A DNA stretch of 64,000 nucleotides from Lepidodermella squamata (taxonomy: Eukaryota > Animalia > Gastrotricha), in NCBI GenBank assembly GCA_047495785.1, contig JBLDXI010000007.1, positions 3,348,001-3,412,000 of the forward strand, in the 5' to 3' direction. The notes under the pieces are model-generated. The model saw only the letters and a program-made list of their open reading frames with translations. It was not told where the DNA came from and did not search any database. Shown in pieces: positions 47,596 to 60,089 of this stretch. Position numbers and translations under genes: made by a program. Position 1 is the stretch's first letter; each line of letters starts with the position of its first letter.

Positions 47596-50269
47596 CTAGG
47601 CGGTAAAGGCTACAAAATAGGCGTAAACATTGACTGCAAGGAATGCGTCGATTGAAAATAGGAAAACAGCCAGATCAAAGGCTCGGGCGATACTCAGTGG
47701 TTTCAAACAAGAAGGCAATTCACGCTTCCGATGCATCATCCATTGAAAGCGAACCGCCATAGCGTAGATAACCGTTTCGTACAACGTAATCACACCGGTG
47801 AGCCCGGCTAGAATTAGAATATACTCAGCCATCAGGACCGATTCGGACGTTTCAGGAATCAGTTGCATAACATCAGATTCAATAACAATCAAGCTCAAGA
47901 GAAGGGTAGCTGAGAAGGCAGCCCGATCAGGCACATCTGGCTGAAATAGAAAAGACCCAAATACCAGCAAAAGGAGGATCAGAGACGGTGCGAGACTGTT
48001 AACCAAATATGGAGCTGATTTTCTCGAAAATGTTACTGTAAATCGAGCGTATCCGGATGTTTGCTTCTTGCGCATAAGAGACCTTGTCGTTCCATACATC
48101 GAGCTAGCGGATTCAAGATTCCACAGCTCACTTTCGAATGAGCCATCAAAAGCCAGCTGTGTGCCTGCTACATTCAAAAACTGATCAGATTCCTCGAGTA
48201 CAAATGTGAAATCACATTGCTGCGAGTCGAACGGGAATTTACGAAGCCTCAAGAGACACTGAGCATTTAAGATACCGAAGCGTAGCCAGTGGAAAAACAA
48301 TGTGCGATTAGGCGTTGTTGGGTAGTATACAATCTGAACCTGTTCTCGAAATCCAGTCTCCATGTATATATCGGTGGACGTATTGGCAAAGCGAAGGAAA
48401 GGAGTCCATACATCACCCCTATCAACAGTGTATATACGATCAGGATCTGAAACCCCGGGCGCAGTAATATCGGCTGGACAAGATGTAACAGTCCACTGAA
48501 CTAACAAGCATCCGCCGACGGATATCTCGCGAGCTTTAGCATCAATGTCGACCAAACGCTGCATTTCCAAGGTAACGTAGACTTTCGTTCCAAACGATGG
48601 AGACCTTCAATAATAAAGTAAAAAGTAATACGATATCACGGAGTTTGAATCACGAATATTACTTGGCCAGTGGGCTTATGGATTTGCATGGCTTCACGTC
48701 CTCAACAGATATTTTGGGAAGTATGTTGCCGTCTATCATTTCTGGGATTGGGAAATTGTAGTCGTTTTTCTCGAACGTATAGGTAGCTTCATGCTTTGTA
48801 GTCGATGGAAGTTCAGCTGGGGTACTGATCAAAGTACTTGTCGATTGCGTGGTTGTCGTAGTCGAAGAACTAATTGACGGACTTGTGGTTCTTGTAGTGG
48901 TCAAAGGGGCGGTACTGCTCCACTGGGTTGGGCTTGTTGTCGAGCTAGATTGAGTTGTAGTCGGTTTAGTTGTAGTACTGGTTGGGGGCGCTGCAGAAGT
49001 CGTCGACGCTGTTGTCGTAGGCTTAGTAGTAGTGGTTGTCGTAGTACTAGTTGATGGAGCGGTAGTCGAAGTTGAAGGCGCTGTGGAAGTCGTAGTAGGC
49101 TTAGTTGTGGTAGTTGATGAAGTACTGGTTGAAGTTGAAGGCGTTGTAGAAGTAGAGGGCGTTACTGTTGTTGTCGTTGTAGGTATCGCAGTAGAAGTAG
49201 TTGTAGTAGTGGTGCTCGATGTTGAAGGGCTTGATGCAAGATTCCAGAATCTGAAGTTCTCCATATTATAGTACCCTCTATTGTGATTGCAAAAGGTCAT
49301 TGCTCTTAGCTTCACATTTCCTGAAGCTAAAATAGCTTTGAATCCGGGGATGCTCACGTCGCTGAAGCATGTCGAGACCTGTGAACCAGACGCGATCCCA
49401 ACAGATAGCATCTCGCCGTAAACTTGAAATATCATTTTGTAATTTACATTTCCAGTCGAGTCTAAGATGGTTCCGCCACAGCCGGGTGATGATGTTGCAA
49501 TAATTGGCGAACACGGTAAATGGCAAGCTGATGATGTGGTGGTTGTATACCATACATAGGCCTTTCCGTTGGGCATCAGCTCTTGTAACACGCTGACTCC
49601 CTGAACGTACTGAATTTGATCATAGCAGCCACTAGTTGGGTCTACGATACAATTATTTACAATTTTAAGCCTAGAGGTTAGAGTCATACTAACTGGGGTA
49701 GGCGGGCGAGCTACTTGAGAATACCATCGCGAGCCAAGCCCTTGAAGATGCATTATTGCTGGCACTGTAAACTGCTGTAATGTCCATTTCAGCTCGCCAG
49801 TTCTCAGCGCTCGCATCAAGATACTGATAGGAATAAAATTTGCAATTTTTCAACCTTGAGATGCATCGTTTCAGTTGTTCCCAGAATGTACTGGGCGTTC
49901 TCACGTTTCAGCCTTTTTGAACTCAGAATGATTACGCATTTTTCCTTACCTGGTCTCCAGAGATTCTGCCATACTCCTTTGTAGAGCTGATGTCCCCTAT
50001 TTGGTAAGTGTTGCCCAAATCAGCAGAATCATCATACAGAGTGACTGTCATAGATTGCGAAACACTCGAATTGGCTTGATCGAAGGATAATCCAGATTTG
50101 TAAGTCGCAGTTCCGGCATACAGGTAGGGCAGCGGGAAGCTCGTAACATCAGGTGTTGGAGTGATCAGCGAACCTAAGAATTTCGATTTCATTCAACATC
50201 ATGCTAGCTGTAAAACTCACCTGAGCTACTGATACTGGTCATCATTGTCAGAGAAATGAGTAGAAACAT
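47596..50269 (-). CDS. Gene F: Cys-loop receptor with one extra N-terminal domain and a Thr-rich stalk (~796 aa)
   Basis: Five phase-consistent exons: 50269-50221, 50173-49950, 49823-49694, 49641-48663, 48604-47596. Cys-loop CLLRLRKFPFDSQQC; M2 PDRAAFSATLLLSLIVI. Confidence 0.92.
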
Positions 50270-51998
50270 GGCGCGGGATACTTTCGTGAAATGAAAAATG
50301 TTGTTATGCATATTTTGTTCACTGCAATTCGTTATTAACTCTTAGCTCTTTGCGAGGATTAGTGAATTATTGAACGCTGCCATTAGTGCAAAGTTCGTGT
50401 TTAGATGGACAATCGATGGTTTGCTAGATTAAGCAAACCGACCTTGATCGGCTTTGTTGAAGAAGAGAGATGCTGATTTTCCATACCTCATCTCTCCTCC
50501 TCCTCGTACGCTTAGCTTTCAGCCCTCAGCCCCCGCCTTGCATCGAAGCTCGAAGCTGAAGCATCTTAAATCTGGACATTAGTTTTGATAAACTGATTGT
50601 GAAATTGAAATGATGCTTCTCGCATTTTTGAGATGATATCGGTAGGGGTGGCAAAGAATAGCCTAATTCAAGCAGGAAAGAATGCTGAATAATAAATTAA
50701 AGGCTCATCATTTCGGCTCCAGCGCGTGATACGCGGTTTTCTTGCTGAGCATATTTTATATATTAGTGGATTTACAACGAGAAGTATGAGTTGCGATGGT
50801 TTAATGTTTACGCTACAGCCCTTATGCTCGTGGCTATCATCTGGCAAACAATCAGGATTTTTTATAATAATGGACTATCATGTGTATATAGAAAATAAGC
50901 CATTTCATAGCGATCACGTTGTTAGAGCATTCTTATATTTTCTATGCCTTTCGCGAGGGCGTTTGAGTTAACCTGCGCAGAAAGCCGTCAATTTACCGAT
51001 GCACAGCCGATGATACACTTTCTCGACCGAAATTGTCCGTCGCGCGACCGAAGAGGATTGAGGAAGAAACGTTAAACGCAGCGATTCCAAGATCGTGACC
51101 TGCTAACAATCCCGACACAAATGTTGTACGTCTCTCTCACCGAAATGTACAACTATTACATTGCCTTATATATCAAAATAATGAGTTATTAGAAGGATTA
51201 ATCTTTTTTTGTTTGGTGTATGAGCTATATTTCCTGAATAATCAATAAAGTAATGGGCCAACCGTAAGATTCACTACACATAATTATATAATATTACGTA
51301 TAATTCAATTGCTGCAATCGATATCTATCGATTGGTGTCCGATCGAATTCCTTGCCGAAAGATTTTTCTTCAAAACATTGCTAAAAAAATGCGCAAAACT
51401 CATGCTTTTCGGGCAGAAAGTTGCAACGAAAGCGCCGCGCAGATTCGATTGAGAACCAATCGAAAACTCCGAATGACAGCAATAGATTCATATAAAATCA
51501 TCCACAGTGAACCTCACGGCTGAGCCATTATAGCAATTAATAATCCCTCATAGACGTATTTCGTATCAGCTTAGATAAACATAGATCCTATTTATCTATG
51601 CTTGCAGCTCATCTGAAAATGAAAATGAAGATATGGGCTTGATGCATGATTGAATTTCGACTTAGGTCTGAAAACTGAAAACGTTCAACTTAGGTAGCCG
51701 GTTTACAATCTCACTTATCGGGTGAGTCCGAGCCATGAAGCCTAGTCGACACGAAAACCCTCAAATGGAGAGTTATACCGAAACGCTAGCGACCCAAGTA
51801 CCAGAACTGCGCATTCTACGCGGTTGTAGTATAGGGGCAATTTTAACTCTTGTTTCCACTTCTTAGCCGCGCAATATCGCCGTGATTTCGAGCGACCTAT
51901 TTTTAACCGTTCAAATATATTGGTCACTGATTTATTCGTGATGCGTTGTTTTAGCAAAAGCTCATTTAAATGAGAAAGGTCAGTCAAAGATCTATACT

Positions 51999-52170
51999 GA
52001 ATAGCGTATACACTTTTTGTATACTGAAATCATCCCTGTTGAATAGCATATACACTTTTTGTATGCCGAAATAATCGCCGTTGAATAGCATATACACTTT
52101 TTGTATGCCGAAATAATCGCCGTTGAATAGCGTATACACTTTTTGTATGCCAAAATAATCGCTGTTGAAT
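51999..52170. repeat. 42-bp tandem repeat, four copies
   Basis: Unit gaatagcatatacactttttgtatgccgaaataatcgccgtt; lies just downstream of the Sola-like transposase. Confidence 0.9.
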
Positions 52171-52542
52171 CGAGAATAAAAATGTGTCCTCAAGTCGATT
52201 TTTTTGGTAATTGATGGCGTTAAATAGCTGCAAAAAGCAGAAAAGACGATTTTTACCAGGCAGCTATCGATATATTGATATATCGCGAAGACGGTTGCCA
52301 CTGTGAATCATTTGATGTGAATCTCATTCGCGTCTTAGCGATTTTTCTTCCAGTTCGAAGTAAGATGAGAACTTGATCAAGTTTGAATAATAAACTGAGA
52401 TTTAAAGGCCCATTAAATTAATCAGTGCACCGTTTAGCTGTTTTTATTTTCTGACAAAAGCTGAAACTGAAATGACATCGGAGGTCCAACACATCTAACA
52501 TGGTTTGAGGAGAAATAAATCGACTGTCTCAGTTTTCGCTTT

Positions 52543-54778
52543 CTATGATTCATCATCGCATTGCGCATCGTCTAAACCTGCCGGATCATCATATTCTTCG
52601 AAGACGTTGGCGTATCGCAGCTTTACTTCGTTGTAAGCTTCAGTGATTTTTGTAGGTTCTTCCCTCCACGCGCTGTGAGATCTAGCTATAGACGCCCATA
52701 GGTCGAGATCCTTGATCGGGAGAACGCCATCCTTCAGCCAGTCTGTTATCAATTAGGATGTCAAAATATAACAGAGTGCTCAATTAAATCTCACCAAACA
52801 TTGCTTTCATTTTAATGGAACTAATTAGGTGATAGCCACTATAAGCCCTGCGTGGTCGCCAGTCGAAAGGCTCTTCGATTAGCGTTGGCTCTGCGTAATG
52901 TTTCGTCCAGCCCTCATCGCCATATCCCGTGCGAGTTTGAATGAGCTCTATGTTCCTTTTATCATATAATATCCAAGAGACAGCCGACTTTCTCAGCTGC
53001 AAGTTCTTGAAACGACTGCCGAATGTATCATCCCCTTTTACTTTGATGAAGTCATCGAATCGCAAGTTGTTGATTTCAAAGTCGCGATGGGCATAAGCGG
53101 ATTGTATGACATCACGCCAGCCTGCTGTTGAGACTACATTCCCTCGGCGCCTTACCTCATGGTCAACTAGCGCATGCGCCACATCACCTCTCATGAAGGA
53201 GTGACCACTCACCAGAAACTTGTGATGAATGCGGCTGACATTCCCCGAGTCAGCATTCATCAAAGCCTTTAGAATTCCTGATACAACGAGATTGTTCTTG
53301 TTCTGAGATCCGCATTGATCGGACCACATGAAGACGGTTCGAGTTGTTTTTGGAATCTGCTCGGTCAGAAATCTGAAAATGCAGCTAGCGACTTCGGTCC
53401 CTCCCTTGCCTCCGTGATCTTCATCCCAAACATAAGCGTAAGTCTTTTTCGTGACGTTGTCGAAAATTGTGAAGAGCCGAGTCTGCCACTTTGATTTGTA
53501 TGGAAAAGAGCAGCAAGGCGTTGAATAGTTCCGAGCCATGTCAAATTCACAACACATTATTTCGCCATGTGATTTCCGAGCGAGCTCAATGTCAGAATCT
53601 CTCGATTTCCTAGCAGCATTTTTTTTAGCAAGATGACTGCGATACAGTGGGCTTCTCAAGCGACGTGAATGAGAGAAAATTTGCTCGAAGCTATAGAAAT
53701 TAAATGAAATGTATCTCAAAACTTCAGTCTCAAAGTTGCAGAATTACCGTAGGCATGTGGGACATCTATCTGCCTTTGGCATGTAAAACGATAGCCGCGG
53801 GAAATTGGCTCGCATGATAGCCAGAAAAGTGGTAAAACTTACTGGCTTTTCTGCCGCTGTTGATGAATCTACAGAACGACTGGCCGATTCCATTTCCTTC
53901 TTCTTGAGGTACTTTCTATACAGTGATGACTTGTTTTCGGTTTTGAAGACGAATTGACGTGTTGATTTCTGACGTATATAATGTGAAGGAACTCGTGGAG
54001 TAGCAGCAATTAGTTGACATACTTCGTTGTATTGCCGTTGGCTCACGCCATTATGGTGCAGGTATCTACCACGATAACTCGCTTCAATTACCACCCCTCT
54101 GACTTTTCGCGTGAGAGTGTCTCTCACAAATGTTCGCTTGAAGTCCACTGCGGCCAGGAAAAAGGATCGGCATACTTCAACAAACGGTCCGTAGCTTACG
54201 CTGACATTTTCCTTGGTGGAGCACGATTCCGGCAACGTGTATGTGAACTTTCTATTCCGTTTCCCGGGTATCGATTTCATGAAAACGAATCGAGCCAGAA
54301 AGATCCGTTTGGCATTTTCATTCGGATCGTTATACAAATCCTTTTGCATTTCTGTCAATGATGCCAAAGTGAATTTCTCGTAGCAACGTCTCTTGCATTT
54401 GCAGAAAATGAGACGCGCCTTGCGCTCAGGTATAATTCGATGTTTGCGTCGAATCTTCCCTGTTGTTAAGCATTTGATTTGCTCGCGTACGTGAGCGGCC
54501 CCGGTTCGCAGTCTCTCCTTCTCCAAAACCGAAAGATGATTCGGGCGCTTGCGTCTGGGTAGAAGATTAGGGAAGTTGATCTGGAATGTTGATATCGGTT
54601 CCACATCGACGGTCAAATCAGAATCACCAATTGTACCAGATATAACGTTATCAACCGCCATGATGAATTCGCCTTCCAATAGCAAAGCATCCTCGGCCAT
54701 GTCAGCCTCGTAACGAGATAAGTCTTCTCGTTCCATGTAAAACGCAACACAAACGTTCCTAAAATTAAAAAAAAACAA
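52543..54778 (-). mobile_element. Sola1-like DDD transposase, three exons
   Basis: CKCKRRC, VCRSFFL, SHY, PKADRCPTC in the N-terminal half; catalytic-type motifs EFDMAR, WSDQCGSQNKN, GHSFMRGD. TIRs were not confidently located. Confidence 0.8.
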
Positions 54779-55179
54779 AATTAATGTTTGAAAACTGATA
54801 AAAACACGACTGTATTAATAAACTAAAAAACATGGCTAAATGTGTCAAATGCTGTCAGTTCCAAGTTTTGGTATCACTAAGGCTCTGAACTAGAACCGGG
54901 AGCACTCGATAGTTGGTGGTAAATATTACAAAATCTTTAAATAAACTAGCAGGAAACTAGAGCTTAAGCTTAAGTTGACGCAGGAACTTGAGCTTGAATG
55001 CTCGAGGCCGACGAAATATTTAAAATTTTGTCACAGCACAAAGTTGGTATCAGGGCCACTAATTCCTTCGCGTTTCGGCCGCCAGTATCCTAAGACACCT
55101 TTCGAAAGAAAGCACTTCCACTGGTGGCTAGAAAAGCAAGATATAACACTCATTTCAAGATAACTAATTTCGCTCAATT

Positions 55180-56516
55180 TCAGTCTTCCTCGCTCTCGCC
55201 GCTTGACGACGTGGTTAGTTGTTTGTCTTCGCCATTTGGAAATTTGTGCTGCTGTTGATGTTGTTGTTGAAGAACAAATCTCGCAAACGCAGCTGGATTG
55301 CGTAACCTGGCAACTAGCAGCCATTGAGAGACCGAACTACCGCTTACATACTCCGATAGGGCCTTAAGTTGAACGCGAGTGAACTCCTCGCCACTTTTAC
55401 GATACTGCTCGGAAGAAATTTTTGGCCAAATAAATCGATTAGAGAATAACAGTCCTACATCTTGCTCAAGCTCTGCATCAATAATTTTAAAATGCTCAAA
55501 GGACTTTCTTAATTTGGTCATTGGCAGGAGCAGTAAATTTTCGCGAAAGCGGAGAGTGAAAAGAATTATTAAAATACTGATATGACAATAGCCGCATGCA
55601 AATAAGACCATAATTGACGCTGCCATTTGTAAATTAAACTCCAAGAGGTTTTGCCATCTATAGCTAGGGGGTCCTTTCAAGTAGAAAAAGTTGAAACCAA
55701 TTAGTGCAGCGAGGAGCAACAGTGCAAGAAATTTCGTTGAGTGTTGTTTAAAAAGATGCAAGTCACTCAGGCTGAGAATCAGGTAAATAATCGCCAACGA
55801 GGCAGAGAAGATTCCAACTCTTTTCGGTTTCCATGCATGAAGCAGCCCGACAAAAACAGCGAACGAACTAATCAACATTGAAAATATGCCGATCAAACCA
55901 CCCAGAATATAAAAAGTCCAGTCGTTATGCGCAATCGTTGGCGCTGCAAAAAATATAAATGCAGCAATAGCTGTGTTCCAAGCCCAAGGCGCGTTGAAAA
56001 CTGTGATTTCCGAATATGAGACGATACTGCAATTTTCGGAACAGATGCCAACATGAATGTCTTCGAATGGGTTAAGTGCGATCAAAACAGTTGTAAGAGG
56101 CGGGCGACCGTATTCCAGCAAATCGCGTGAATTGAAGAACAAAGCCAGATATTCTCGAAGAAGCTGCCAGGTCTCCGAGTCGAATCGACACTTCTGATGA
56201 AGAGTTGAAGGGTCGTCTGCAATCTCATAAGTTATGCCCTTCTGGCAACCAGCCAAGCTCACTTGATGGATAACTAGCTGCGAACCGGTTGAAGTTCGAA
56301 GAAGGGTAAACAATTATTCGCTCGGCTTACCTCATATTTGGACCACCACTTGGATAAATCCCATTTTGAGAATGAGGCATTGATTCTGAATACACGGACC
56401 GCTTTTACCACGGGCTCGTGGAAAAGGGGATACGAAGCCGTTCCGACATCAGGTAGCAGAGATATATTAGCATAGATTCCAGCGATCATGGCGGCCACAA
56501 AGATACAATGCATCAT
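55180..56516 (-). CDS. NEMP: Nuclear envelope integral membrane protein (NEMP/TMEM194 family)
   Basis: Two exons (about 56516-56331 and 56274-55180); signal peptide, about five TMs, YLKGPP..RWQNLLEFNLQ and ISSEQYRKSGEEFTRVQLKAL...WLLVARLRNPAAFARFV, which match the NEMP C-terminal motif. Confidence 0.85.
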
Positions 56517-56871
56517 TATCTGAAAGCAGACTTCTGGCGGATAATTATTGGTAAAATATAATCCAACGACCTAAATTTAGAGAAGAACGCAATTTAAGAG
56601 GCAATCAGTAATTATTTGAATATCTAATATCATCAAATATCATCATTCTTTCTACGACCTACGTAAAGGAGCGCCATATCGTACAATCATTTCCAACAGA
56701 ATGCATGGTGGCTAGACAATTCCTGCTCTAAACTAAAATCTAAGCATTCTTATAAAGCTATTCAGCGGGATAGTTCTATTTCAAAAAGTTATTGCGAAAC
56801 GTCGCAGTTCATTTTACGAAGATCAGGTGCGATTCTTCGAATCCAGAAGAATTGGACGACGCCCGCTATAT

Positions 56872-59077
56872 CTAATTACGCCGATTTCGAAGTTGGTTAC
56901 CCTGCCTCGAGCGAACAGCAGTCTCGGCAGGTCCTCCGTTGAATTTATCTTCCGATGAGCGAACAATCTCTACAGAGTTGCTGTTTCGGATGATCGCGAT
57001 TTTTTTCCAAATCAAATCAAGAAAGTAGTCCCAGAGCTTGGTAAAACTGCAACACGTGTAGATTGCGTAAAACAAAGGCAATCTCATGAAAATAACGGAG
57101 AATTGAAACGTTAAGTTTGGTTCCGCTACGGTGGTTGGATTCGAAAAATGTTCTGTTACCTTGTACTCCACAATGGCTTGAAAAGCAGTGTACGCTGAGG
57201 CAAATAACAGGCGGAATATACGTGCTGAATAGCTGTAAGCTTTCGAGTACGCAAAAGCAGACGTGAAGATGTAAATGGGGGCAATCGAATACGGCAATCT
57301 TTGCCAGTAAACGAAATCCGCAAAACATACCGGAATTATCAAAAATTGGCTCGAAGCAATTCTTGATGGAGCACTTAAGTTAGCTAAAACCTCGACTCCT
57401 TGGCGTAGAGTTTCGAGCGCTCCGACAATACCTTGCTGGGCAACTGTCACGGGTGATTCCACTTGCTGAAAATACGAATAGAGATTTAACTGTAATACTT
57501 GTCTGTTCTGCAATTATTACCTTTGAGAGCCACGTCGAAAATGATTCATTCTCTGATAAGAACTTGCAACACAGAAAAATGACATTCATGTGTAATCGAG
57601 TGAAATTGGTTCTAGCTGCCTGAGTAGGCAAAGAGCCTAAGCAGGTTTGAAAATCCGAGTCACCCACACATTCTTCTGGACTATAGCAGTGCAGCAAATT
57701 CTGAGTCAGTCTGAAATGTGTCGATATATTCAGGGGTAGGGCACAGCTTCCGGTTTTCCTTGTCTGTTCCATCCATGTAGAAAGACAGTGGCGGAGCTCG
57801 TCGTCCGATATTTTCGAGAAACGCGTGACCAGTTCAGCTCCAAAATTTGAAGCTACAGAAGAAGAACATTCTTCTCCTTGAACTGAGATTGAAAAGTACT
57901 CAGAAGTATTTCTCACTTTGCGCATAGATTCCGTTGTGAGAATCAAATTGAAATTAGTCGTAGATTTTATAGATATTGGGTCATCTTCAGAGCTTCTTAA
58001 TTCGGTGAGACTTGGAACTTCAGCTCGCTGAGATTGGGAGCGTTGGCAAGCAAAATAACAGCAGAGAGAATTGATGCGATACATTATTTCCAGAAATGAT
58101 TGAGTAGCGCTAGTCGAAGCGTTCTCCAGTTTCTGAAGGCATCCTGCAGCTGTATCATTGGAGTGACACTCACTGTCAAGAAAAAAGCAGGCTTTGTGCA
58201 AAGAGATAGAGAGGGATGTGCGCTGAGCTGGTTGAAGCGGGCATTCGCAGACTCCTCTTGCCATAGCATCACGAAACCATTGGAAAACACATATTCGCAG
58301 CTCGTAATTTGCTGTATAACTCTCGGCGTATTTATATCCTTCTGAAACTTCTGATTTGTGATTTGCTTTGCAGAGATCCACCGAGTTTATTGATGCAGTG
58401 GATGAGTTCTGCGCTGAAGGCGAAGTTATAGTTGAGCTCACAGGTGTAGTGGCAGTCGTCGTATTTTCTAGCTGCTGGGTTAAGTATTCTTCCGATTCCG
58501 TTTCGTTTTTAAATTGCAAACGTCGCCGGACACAAATTTCATGGCAGCAAAGCATTTCCACATCGTAGTGCAAATTTCTCAAAGAGCGGATTTGAACCTC
58601 GAAATTACTGGTAAGTTTCCATGCATTCTCACAAGCCTCCATGCTGAGGGCTCCTTGACATGGCGAGGCTGTGTTGAAACAAATGCGTTGTAATTCGATC
58701 GCAAAGAGAGTTTTGAGTTTGTCTGGCAGAGGGCAAGCACATTGTTTTTCAAACGTGTTGTCAAATAAATCTTTCGCGCATAAATACAAGCCCCTATTAG
58801 GGATTTTCTCGAACTTCTCTTTGATCCCCGCCGATATTTGTATGACCGAGACTTCGTTGCAGTTAGGAGGACCTGAGTACAGGTAATTAAGCGAATTATC
58901 CTCGTCATTGCGAGATGGATACGCGCTAGAAGGTTCCCGTTGTTCGGTGCCACTCCCTTCAACTTCCCGCCGATTCCGGCTGAGTATCACGTTTCCTATC
59001 CCTTCACCTATCGGCAAAGTAGCTGCCTCCAAGATAGGACAACTAAAGCATATAGTTAACAGCATGTGGGCTAACAT
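56872..59077 (-). CDS. Orphan membrane protein with three Cys-rich repeats (~717 aa)
   Basis: Exons 59077-57521 and 57467-56872 (AAG|gtaata...ttcag|CAA); signal peptide, RNRR site, three ~105-aa Cys repeats, hydrophobic C-terminal region. Confidence 0.8.
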
Positions 59078-59494
59078 TGCAAGTTTAATTTAGGCCTAAA
59101 TCAATAAAAGACAAGTTATAACGGCTGATTTTGGTCAAAAATGGAAGTAATTTCGGTTTATTTTCCTGAAATAATAAGCTGTAAAAGTGGGATGATTGGC
59201 TTTTCCTGTTCTCTAACGGCTGAATGAATAAAGAACACCGTAATCCCTGCTATTAGCTATTGCGGCATCAATTTGCCGATCTATACGCTGGAGATGATCA
59301 TATAATGTTTCCTACTTATAATAGCATTCGAGTTATTTTTTCCTCATCTTGATGTACCTATAACGGCACGAAGGACGAGGATTTTTGTGAGTATAATCTG
59401 CGATCTGCGTATAAACAAATAGAAGCGCTTTTTACGTCGATAACGAATTTTACATAGGTATAATAAAGATTTATGATTAAAGGGCGGAGTAAAT

Positions 59495-60089
59495 ATGGAC
59501 AAGCTCTCAATTGCAAGGCAGTGGATGAAACAAAATAGGCAGGACTTGGTTCTCGCCGCGACACCGCGACAAAATAGTGAGTTATCTTCACTTGGAGTCG
59601 AGTGCAAATTCTGATTTTATGCCAGGAAATGGAGCTACTGTTCTGTATTTTCGATGCCAACACAGCCAGCGCATCGGCTTCTGTTGCAAAGCTACTGCCA
59701 AGCTGACTTTACCGGTAATCGGCTCTTGGACGCTCGTGGAGAGAGGTAATCACGAGCACCAACCGATTGCTGGATCCAAGTTTGGCAGATTTCCTGTTCA
59801 AGTAAAGCTCAGAATAAATGAGGCATATGATCGACTCATGAGAGGAGAAGCCTCTACCAATGAGATCATTGGTGATGTTAATATCGCTAATGAAAATGAG
59901 AACTGGCCGGCTCTGTCATCCCAGCAGTTGCGGAACGCCTTCAATTATCTGAAGAGAAAAAGTAAAGTATCTCCGCCAATCGACCAAATACTGGCTCCAC
60001 CTGATTCGAATTTTCTCTTCGGATTATGGGGTTTTTACATGATCGCTGTTCTTCTAAGTTTTTTTGCATTTATTCACGTGTTTTCTTGA
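59495..60089 (+). CDS. Small protein with a WRKY/FLYWCH-type (MULE-derived) zinc finger and a C-terminal TM helix
   Basis: Probable intron about 59577-59625; LYFRCQHSQRIGFCCKATAKL...GNHEH; ends FLFGLWGFYMIAVLLSFFAFIHVFS. Start is uncertain. Confidence 0.6.

Noticed and set aside
51999-52170. Possible CRISPR-like array
   Set aside because: Head-to-tail repeats with no unique spacers, in a eukaryotic context with no cas genes.
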